Positions 34,630 through 44,235 of a stretch of 44,235 nucleotides of DNA are shown in pieces. Numbering within the stretch: the stretch's first letter is position 1; every line of letters begins with the position of its first letter. The notes beneath the pieces are model-generated. The model did not search any database. It was given only the letters and a program-made list of their open reading frames with translations, and was not told where the DNA came from. The stretch covers positions 28,405,255 through 28,449,489 of the forward strand of contig NC_068982.1 of NCBI RefSeq assembly GCF_001194135.2. Direction: 5' to 3'. This DNA is from Octopus bimaculoides. Taxonomy: Eukaryota. Position numbers and translations under genes: made by a program.

Positions 34630-35272
34630 ATGTATAATCCTGAGGCCAAAGAAATAAGAACCCACAGTATTGTAGAAACCGTAGCCGCTCATAATGAGAA
34701 GGAGTACTGGTGGAATGTCCCAGTGAAAACCTCAATAAAATGCAAACATAATAAACCAGACATGATAATTTTGGACTGAGCAGAAAACTGTATGTAATAG
34801 TGGAAATCAGCTGCCCGTTTAAAGCTCAGCGTAAAAGAAAACACCTACGCTGAACTATTGAGAAATTTAAGTTCAGGATTATACCTGAATTATCGGATCA
34901 CTGAGATATGTAAGAAACTGCCTAAGTACCAATCGTGAGAAATTAGGCTTCTCAAAACCAGAAAGCAGAAAGCTGATTCGAAGACTACAAATCCAAGCCA
35001 TCGTTAGAACTGTAAAAATCTGTAAAACTTTCCAGAAGTTTATCATTTAAGTGTATATGTGCATGTCTAGACATGGAAGTATATGACATGGGAATACATA
35101 CATAAAACAAACCATAGAAATCTGCACATGCAGTTACTCCAGATACTGCACATAAACACAAGTAAATACAAAAAATACTTTGTTGATGTTGTTGAAATTC
35201 CAATGAAGGAATTTTGGATCTAGGTTAGAAACCAGCTCATTCTCTATTGGCAAGAAATCTTGAAATAAAATT
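34630..35272 (+). mobile_element. RLE-type LINE (R4/Dong-like) 3' fragment, copy 2
   Basis: KEYWWNVPVKTSIKCKHNKPDMIILD...VEISCP...KENTYAELLRN (PD..E..K nuclease motif); 3' UTR matches copy 1. Confidence 0.82.
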
Positions 35273-35328
35273 AAATAATCACACACACATTCACACACAC
35301 ACACATGTACTCTTAATTTTTATGTATG

Positions 35329-35362
<34 letters not shown>

Positions 35363-35854
35363 TGTGCGCATGTATAACTTGTGTGCGTGTAAACTCTGTT
35401 TTTGTATTGTGTTTGCGGTTTTGTCAAGTTGTTGCTATCCTGCGATTGTAGATAACACTTGGGCATAATCAGACAACGGGATAATACTGTTTTTGGTATA
35501 TTCAATGTGTTTCAAGCTATTTTATTTTCAATGTTTAGATGGACTCAAATTGAGAGATTTCAAGATAAAATATCATACACTAATTTTAAATTCAGATTCA
35601 AATAATATATAGTTTTAAGTTAATATACATTCACTGTCGAAATAACGACTTCTTTTGAGATATATGTACATTTTAATTCTCTTAATGCCTTTCTTGTTTG
35701 TAAAACACGTGATACAAAAATCAGTAAACCAAGAAAAGATACTGATGCAAGGTCATTTGCTCTATCTGAATCACTGATACGAATTATTTGACACTTCAAA
35801 CAATTGTAGATGTAAACAAGGGAGAAGGAATAAAAAAAGTAGCATTATGTTAAC

Positions 35855-36070
35855 TCTTCGAGCTAGTAGAATCGTTAGCACGCTGGACTAAATGCTTAGC
35901 AGTATTTCGCTCGTCGCCACGTTCTGAGTTTAAATTCCGCCAGGGTCGACTTTGTCTTTCATCCTTTCAGGGCTGGTAAATTAAGAACCAGTGAAACACT
36001 GGGTTCGATGTAATCGACTAGTCCCTTTCCCATAAATTCCAGGCCTTGTGCCTTTTGTAGAAACGATTAT
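35855..36070 (+). mobile_element. SINE family A
   Basis: gagctagtagaatcgttagcacgctgg...ctgagtttaaattccgcc...ccttgtgccttttgtagaaacgattat. Confidence 0.88.
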
Positions 36071-36734
36071 CTTAACTTTTTGTAGACCTTTAGTGGTTAA
36101 TAAATAGAACATTTTCTATAATAATCAAAGCGGTGAGCTGGCGAAATTACTACTGTACCGGACAAAATTAAAGAAACACAGAAATAAAAAAGCCACAAGT
36201 AATACTTTTCCAAATGGGCAAAATATACAGGTTGTCGCATGATGTAGGAAATTTGTACCTTGGTTATGTATTATACACTTTCTTTAAGGAATATGCATGT
36301 TCCAGTCTTAGTTACTTGCGTTTAAAGTGTGACCCATCATTATGAAATTCCTTGTGTTACCCTTTAAAGATAATAAACTCAATTGGAAATATTAAACACT
36401 AACTTGCTTAAAGTAGGTTTTTAATCGTTAACTGCATAGTTCAAGTTATCCATTTGTTTGAGAGCATCACTTTGACGCAAAATGAATACATCGGAGATAC
36501 GAGCAACAGTAAATCCAAACCATAAGAAGATATATTTACTCTGAACACTTCTATGCATATTTCCTGTCGAGTATTTCTGTTAGTCCTTAACATTTCTGTT
36601 AACCACGAAATCATTTTTGCTGTGAGCACTTAAAACTATATATTCTTCAAGATCAAACCGATTCTAGTTCTAAGGAACAGAACTCTTAAGGTGTATCTCA
36701 AATCATGTAAAACAACAACAAAAACAACAACAAT

Positions 36735-36932
36735 TCTTTCTACTGTTGGCACAAGGCCTGAAATTTGGTGGTGGTGAGGGGCTAGGCAATGACATCAACC
36801 CTAGTGCTTAACTGGTACTTAATTCATCAACCACCAAAGAATGAAAGATAAAGTCGACCTCTGCGAAATTTGAACTCAGAACGTAAAGAAGTTTGTTCGG
36901 TGTGGTATCAATTCTGCCAGCTCACCGCTTTG
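36735..36932 (-). mobile_element. SINE family A
   Basis: ttggcacaaggcctgaaattt...aatttgaactcagaacg...ctgccagctcaccgcttt. Confidence 0.85.
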
Positions 36933-37456
36933 ATAACAATAGATAATGTTCTCTTTATTAATCACTAAGAGTTTACACAAAAATCTAGTACGGTACAGGA
37001 CGATACAATACAATAAAATATGGAGTTACATGGAAGCGTAAAATAACAGACACAACGAAGTAAAAAGCATAACAAGTAATAACTCCCCAAATGTAGTGGG
37101 AGGAGGCTTCCGAGTCCTACTGGTGGAAACCCCTCAATACCACGGTCACCTTGACCACTAAGGAAATTACCCGCTCCATATCCTTCTCCCTCAGTCAAGA
37201 GACGCATCCTCATAACATGTCATTTATTTTTCAATAAATTTACTGGAAGGCAGTATTTCCCTCCACATCCTCAATTTCCTATTCAAACTTGAGAGATTGA
37301 CAATAGAAGTAGATATCTGCCTTATCTTTTTCAACCTGGCCTACCACACAGCCTCTTTCGTTAGTGTTGCTAGACAAATAACGGCTGCATGGGGTTGTTA
37401 TATTTCCAACGTTCCCTTGACAGCGAGCATGTATAGTCGCTGTTTGTCAGACTCAC

Positions 37457-37666
37457 TTTTCCATCTCGAACCGGCAGCACAGCCAACCGAGATTTATGAA
37501 AATTGTCCGTAAGCCTTAGAGCAGTACCGATCCCCTCAATGTACGTGTATACCGATACTAATCTCCCATTTTCTAGTTCGCGAGGTATGCTCCGCAATGA
37601 TTCTAGCTTCCAAGGGCCAGTACACACAGACAACGCGAGGCAAAGATCTAGACGGACTGAGCGCAT
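37457..37666 (-). CDS. Candidate first coding exon (70 codons)
   Basis: First ATG after an in-frame TAA; CpG-rich island; MRSVRLDLCLALSVCTG...PVRDGK ends at a strong phase-0 donor AAA|GTGAGT. It could instead be partly 5' UTR. Confidence 0.45.
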
Positions 37667-37742
37667 GAAACTGAACGGTTGTTTATTGAGTTAATCCCAC
37701 CACGGAAAACGAAACCAAAACCAGCCGCTCGAGAACCGTCGA

Positions 37743-37801
37743 ATGGAGAAATTAGAAATAATATAATAATCCGGATGGGGAAATTAGAAATAATATAATA
37801 A
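37743..37801. repeat. 27-bp direct repeat, period 32, upstream of the candidate first exon
   Basis: atgg(a/g)gaaattagaaataatataataa x2. Confidence 0.85.
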
Positions 37802-38153
37802 AAACAAAACTTGACACTGATTACGGAATGTGTAGACAAATTAAAAAAAATAAACTCTTACAAAACTTACATATTTGCGCAACAAAGGAAAATAGTATTA
37901 TTTGTTACTGCACACAAATTACGTACAGCAATATCAATACAACAGAAAGTAAAAAAAATATAATAATGTATTTCCGTTCCTCAACTTGGTATTTTTACCG
38001 GGTGATACTGGATTCCAGTCACCAAGTAAACCTGCATTACGCATATCGATATATATCATAGACGCTAGCTGACTTTACAATTAAATGCGCACATATAAAA
38101 GACCTCTAATTTCCAATCAAGCATACGTATTACACACACACACACGTATATGC

Positions 38154-38186
<33 letters not shown>

Positions 38187-38249
38187 TGTATGTATGTATG
38201 TATACACACACCCACCCACAAAAACACGCACACACACACACACAAATAT

Positions 38250-38900
38250 ATATCTTCTTGTTTCAGTCATTGGACCGTAGCAATGTTAAAGCACTGCCTT
38301 GATGGGTTTAGTCGAACAAATCGGCGTCAGTAACTTTTTATGTCTGGTACTTATCCCATCGTTGCCTTTTCCCGAATTACTAAGTTACGGCCACACACAG
38401 AAATCAACACCGGTTGTAGTGGGAGACATACACACGCACAAACACCTATACATACACACGTACGCATGCATATGAGAGGTAATTTGTGAGTATACAATTT
38501 TATTGTATAATGGTGAGTATAAATATAATGCAAACGTACGTTTAATTACTAGTATATTAAAAATCATACTATATGAAGTTTACGAAACGGCCGTAACCCT
38601 ATGGAAGACATGTAAGGAAATAGATCTATCTTCCCCTCTCACACTTCCTGACTTTTCGCTTTACACACACACACGCGCACATGTATATACAAGTATGTGT
38701 GTGTATGCATGTATGTGTGTGTGTGTGAGTGCGCGCGCGCGCAGGCTTCTCAGTTTCTGTCAATCAAATTCACTCATAAGGCTTTGGTCGGGCCATTGTT
38801 ATATACTAGAAAACAGTTGCCCAAGGTGCCACGCAGTGGGACTGAATCCAGAACCATTAGGTTGGAAATCAGACTTCTTACCACACATTCACGCCTGCGC
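38250..38900 (-). mobile_element. SINE family B (3' half 38250-38430, 5' half 38742-38900, with intervening sequence)
   Basis: tttcagtcattggaccgtagc... tail and cccaaggtgccacgcagtgggactgaatcc...acgcctgcgcc head, both reverse. Confidence 0.78.
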
Positions 38901-40292
38901 CTTCCGTTATTTTAGATTCTCTGCTTTCTTTCCGTAAAGAATTATGAAGACATACCAGTGAAACTCCTTATATTTTAGCTATTCTTATCGAGTAAGAATA
39001 TATATTCATCAAATGTATAATTTAAAGCTTTCCAGACTAAGAACGCTTCCCTCAACAGGTGGCTAATCTCAAACACATTCGACCGACTTAAATAGCATAC
39101 TTTAGAGTGACCTATATTAAACAAACGAAATAGTCACAAAGACAGAGATTTGTTTATGTTCATGGCATGGAAGCTTTTATTAGAAGTACTTCAGGTGGTA
39201 ACAATTTTCTGATGTCTCACTTTATTTTTTTATTATCATTCTACCCACGCGACAGGAACGTTTCGGAAAAATATAAAAAAATGACGACAGTAAAATAGGC
39301 ATTCAGTTTGTGATTACATATGTATATGTATGTATGGGTGTGTGTGGGTCTGGCGTGCGTGTGTATGTATGTGTGTATGTTTATATATTTGTGTGTATGC
39401 ATGTATTATTATGTGTATATATGTATGTTTGTATATCTACCTATCTATCTATCTATCTAAATATATATATATATTATATACATATATATGTATATAATAC
39501 TAAAAGACGTAGAAAACATCGATATTTTTAAAAATAAGTGCGCCATCATCTGGAAAAATTTAATGAAAACACGTAGTCCCTAAAGAACTATAGTATTTTA
39601 TAGAGGACCAACTCGGAAGTTATGTAACGATTTCTAGTCATAATTATATAATCATTTATTTGCATCTTTATGTTTTGAAAATTCTTATTTATTGGTAGAA
39701 AAATTCAAAAGTAACTAAATAATGATGGTGATTATGAAATGTTTTTCACGTCGAATCCTGTTATAAGCAATTGATTATGTCTGTAGTCCGATCGAAGTTT
39801 GCACTAAACAATGCAAAATATTGCGTAAAGTTGACATGCAATTCAGTGGTGAGTTCAAATTCTATTGGTGCATGTACTTAGTTTATAGAAGGATAATCAG
39901 ATAAAAAAAAGGATAAAGCATCTTTCTAGAGCGCTACGGATTCATAAGGACCGGTTTTTCCGTTTACCATGGCATAAAAATACTTACCCCCCTGGACGGG
40001 ACGTAGAGAAGGATAAACTGTATTGTATATAATTGAACTATGGTAGGTTCGCACGCACGCACACACGCACACACACGCACTCCTCCCCCCACACGCACTT
40101 ATACGATGAAAACTTTGATCACCAGATCGATGCATTTAGTAGGCGAAATCTTCCTCTAACAATGTTTAAAATTGGATCAAAGAGTAGAATTTCCCTGTAG
40201 TGGATTTTAGACTTTAGAAACAAAGAAATTGAAAAATAAAAACCGAATACAGATCGGAAACATCACATCTTTAAAACCAACGGGGAAAACTA

Positions 40293-40346
<54 letters not shown>

Positions 40347-40519
40347 GCGCGCACCAACATACAATACATGTACATACATACACACACACATATATGCATG
40401 TGTATGTGTGTATTTATATACATTTATAGGTTAAATAAATATCAGGGATGCTTTACAGGAGCCACTTAAAGATGTTACAAGCTCTTCTTTTGGTGGTGAT
40501 TAAAGTCATGCCAATATTT

Positions 40520-41490
40520 AAAACCTTATTTATCACGTGCAGGTATCAGGGGATCACAAGTGCTTCGCCCCTTCGCCTGTACACCTCACCTGAGGGTGGC
40601 AACGAGAACTTAATTGGCCTTGGCCTGCAGAATGATTCCATTGGCGACGTCTAGCCAACCTCAACTACCTTGAATGGATTTCAGCTATATGGCTACCTCC
40701 TTGGTAATGTCTGTCAGGTGTTTGGGTTCCACCCCAATCTTCTGTAGTAAATAGAGAACCGACGTCGCTGGAAATCCACAGCAACCGAATTCAATACAAG
40801 ATGAGGCCGTGTCCTATCCTTTAACAAAACCCTCCTCAACCAAGACCTGGTATTTGGTGTTCTTCAATTGGTGAGCAATTTTAAATATGTCCTCCCATGG
40901 CACTATGTGTTCAGCCTTGATGATTGTTTTTTTGCGGCTTTGGACAGCAGGAACATATCCAGTCGGAGGATGTAATTGCCACCTCTTCTGGAACTATCCA
41001 TCAGTTCTACTTGCACCTGTTCTTCCTTTCTACTTACACCTTCCAGGTCTGAGGCTTGATGCAAAATAGCAAACAGGCCTCCTACAATTGGTTTTGCTTT
41101 AGGAACTTTATTACCTTTCCTAAAGACAATTTAGGTACGGACTTTGTCATGCTTCCATTTGTATCGATCTTTTCCCACTGCCATAAAGTATTCAGTCAAA
41201 ATGGAGTTCAGAGTACAAAGAACTGTGCCACACTATTTGCAAGATGGGTACTTCTCTTTACCCTATATTTTAATGTTATTTGGGGCTGGCAGTTGGGCAG
41301 TTACAGTACGCAAGAGAAAAGATAATTTTCCCTTGATCAGTACACCAGGCTTCTTTTCAGGACTGGATACTTTGTACTATCGTTAGTTTTTGATCTTCTA
41401 CACTGATTTCCTCCTACTTCTGATAATACGTTCTTGGCTACCACGAACAGACCCACCCACTGACAATATGAACCATACTACAATACTCTT
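40520..41490 (-). mobile_element. RLE-type LINE (HERO/NeSL-like) 3' fragment
   Basis: KLSFLLRTV..QLPAPNNIKI.GK, CK*CG...TLNSIL, DRYKWKHDKV, ILRLDMFLLS..KKTIIKAEHIVPWED...KNTKYQVLVEEG and IEFGCCGF: zinc-knuckle plus restriction-like endonuclease. Confidence 0.85.
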
Positions 41491-42974
41491 GTTACATCTC
41501 TGTCATTCGGTGGTGAAATTTGCCACCGTGAACAGTCAATAATTCTACTTATGAATATTATTAACAATATGGCTATGAGGAAATACCGCTGAAGAGGGTT
41601 CGGGTTCTGTACACTAACTGTACATAAGATAAGATCTAAGATATGTAATATACTGAGGTAAAACTACAAATAGCAGAGATTATCAATGTAATTAGTATAT
41701 AAATATCTCCAAAGAAGTGTTTAACGTAAAAAAATACAGCAACATTAAGATCAGATGCAAATCATTTGAGCAATGCAGTTTAAAGTGGATGTTGTATTCA
41801 AAACCATCTCCAGAGAAGAGAATTCAATGACGTGTTTATGATTTAATGAGTAAGAAGACTCTCACACTTATGTCTGAACAATTTAAAGTAGCTGTCAACG
41901 AGAAAGGATTGTGTTTTAGTGCATATTAGAGCGACAGCAAGAACTCAGTATATACCCATTATGTAATTATACACGTATGAATAAAAATACGTGTGTATAT
42001 ATATATATATATNNNNNNNNNNNNNNNNNNNNNNNNNNNNNNNNNNNNNNNNNNNNNNNNNNNNNNNNNNNNNNNNNNNNNNNNNNNNNNNNNNNNNNNN
42101 NNNNNNNNNNNNNNNNNNNNNNNNNNNNNNNNNNNNNNNNNNNNNNNNNNNNNNNNNNNNNNNNNNNNNNNNNNNNNNNNNNNNNNNNNNNNNNNNNNNN
42201 NNNNNNNNNNNNNNNNNNNNNNNNNNNNNNNNNNNNNNNNNNNNNNNNNNNNNNNNNNNNNNNNNNNNNNNNNNNNNNNNNNNNNNNNNNNNNNNNNNNN
42301 NNNNNNNNNNNNNNNNNNNNNNNNNNNNNNNNNNNNNNNNNNNNNNNNNNNNNNNNNNNNNNNNNNNNNNNNNNNNNNNNNNNNNNNNNNNNNNNNNNNN
42401 NNNNNNNNNNNNNNNNNNNNNNNNNNNNNNNNNNNNNNNNNNNNNNNNNNNNNNNNNNNNNNNNNNNNNNNNNNNNNNNNNNNNNNNNNNNNNNNNNNNN
42501 NNNNNNNNNNNNNNNNNNNNNNNNNNNNNNNNNNNNNNNNNNNNNNNNNNNNNNNNNNNNNNNNNNNNNNNNNNNNNNNNNNNNNNNNNNNNNNNNNNNN
42601 NNNNNNNNNNNNNNNNNNNNNNNNNNNNNNNNNNNNNNNNNNNNNNNNNNNNNNNNNNNNNNNNNNNNNNNNNNNNNNNNNNNNNNNNNNNNNNNNNNNN
42701 NNNNNNNNNNNNNNNNNNNNNNNNNNNNNNNNNNNNNNNNNNNNNNNNNNNNNNNNNNNNNNNNNNNNNNNNNNNNNNNNNNNNNNNNNNNNNNNNNNNN
42801 NNNNNNNNNNNNNNNNNNNNNNNNNNNNNNNNNNNNNNNNNNNNNNNNNNNNNNNNNNNNNNNNNNNNNNNNNNNNNNNNNNNNNNNNNNNNNNNNNNNN
42901 NNNNNNNNNNNNNNNNNNNNNNNNNNNNNNNNNNNNNNNNNNTTTGAATATACCTTTTTTGAAATAAGAGCTCT

Positions 42975-43480
42975 CCTACCTACCTACCTACCTATCTACC
43001 TACCTACCTACCTACCTACCTACCTACCTACTTACCTACCTACCTACCTACCTACTGCATGCATACATACATACATACATTCATGCATGCATACAAAGCA
43101 TGCATCCATTCAAAGCATGCATACACACACATACATACATACATACATACATACATACATACATGCATTCTTTCGCACATACATACATGCATATATGCAT
43201 ACATTGATTGATTCATTGATTCATCCATTTATTCATTCATACATGCATACATACATATATAACATACACACAGACACATTTATACATACAAAAATAAATG
43301 TATATATATCTTTGTGTATAAATATGCGTGTGTGCATATTTACTTATATACGTATTTATCCACATATATAGATACATATATATACATATGTATACGTGTA
43401 TGTATGTATCCATACATATATGGATGTATGTATATGTTCATGTATATATGGCTGTATACGTGTATATGTGCATGTATTCA
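42975..43480. repeat. (CCTA)n, (CATA)n and (TA/TG)-rich simple repeats
   Basis: Seen directly. Confidence 0.9.
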
Positions 43481-44235
43481 TGTATATATGAATTGATGAA
43501 TATATGAATGTATCTGTGTTTTGTGTTGTGTATGATTTTTAAAAGTAGAACAACGTATCTTTTGCTCTTGGATATATTTTGATCTAAGTTGCCTAGCGCT
43601 TTTACTTGTTGCTGATATGAATAACATTTCTTGTTTTTTTTCGTTTTTACTTTCATATGAAGCACGGATCACAACAAAGATCTCTTTTAAATAAACAAAC
43701 AATATTCTTTGAAACATGCTCAGAACTGATAAGCAGATTTTTTCTATAACGGTTTTAGCTTGCGCTATGTACTTGTATGAAAATTTGATTAGGTGTTCTT
43801 CACTTCTCACTCTATATGCAATTAGAAACATGCCTTTGAGGCATGAAAATAACCTAAGTTTATATCATAGACATATTTGGATGTAATAAAGGAATAAATA
43901 AATAAATGAATAAATAAATGAATAAATAGCGGGAAAGATTTCTGAGAGATAGAAGAATGTATTGTGCGTACACAACTAAGTAATAGTTCTTTAACGTAGA
44001 TACGAAATGTCACCTGATATAAATGCGGAGGAGAAGCTAGATGTTTTAAATAAAAATTACGAAGTTAAAATTACGAAGTTATCAGTGAGGTGAGTAAAGC
44101 AAAAACAGTTAACTAATTCAGCTGTCTGAAAATGTCCGACCGAATTTTCGTGGCACACATAGCCAGCAACTGCTCGTGTACTACAGATTTGTTCTGCACC
44201 AAAGGGATATGTATATATAAATATATATATATATA

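Noticed and set aside
36420-36660. QNEYIGDTSN as a GIY-YIG remnant
   Set aside because: A single short motif without the upstream IY..C..C.
39980-40010. atacttaccc as a U1 snRNA 5' end or a minus-strand donor
   Set aside because: The match stops after 9 nt, and the context (ggaccggtttt...cctggacgggacg) looks like another dispersed-repeat fragment.

Overview
AT-rich, microsatellite-dense animal genomic DNA with seven N-gaps (823-922, 9814-9823, 13754-14067, 20380-20620, 24128-25115, 25961-26673, 42013-42942). The SINE families and the (TATG)n/(TA)n density resemble Octopus/coleoid cephalopod DNA; this is an inference from recall, not a database result. Most recognisable content is decayed mobile DNA: three mariner remnants, a full-length Tc1-like element with TIRs and TA TSD, a Chapaev-like fragment, mariner-type MITEs, an RTE LINE, three RLE-type LINE fragments, three Penelope-like element (PLE) bodies plus terminal-repeat fragments with minimal hammerhead motifs, and many tRNA-derived SINEs, including a six-unit tandem cluster. 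A candidate host gene runs through this on the minus strand: five phase-compatible exons (37457-37666, 30048-30108, 23846-23890, 21298-21437, 19630-19767) that splice into a 197-aa ORF I cannot assign to a family. The most unusual structures are a loop-less 205-bp palindrome (26688-26892), a 60-bp insertion stitched from local templates next to a PLE RT active site (8496-8555), and a candidate exon bracketed by two halves of a MITE. No CRISPR, rRNA or true tRNA genes are supported. I found no clear new multi-gene system; the findings are leads.
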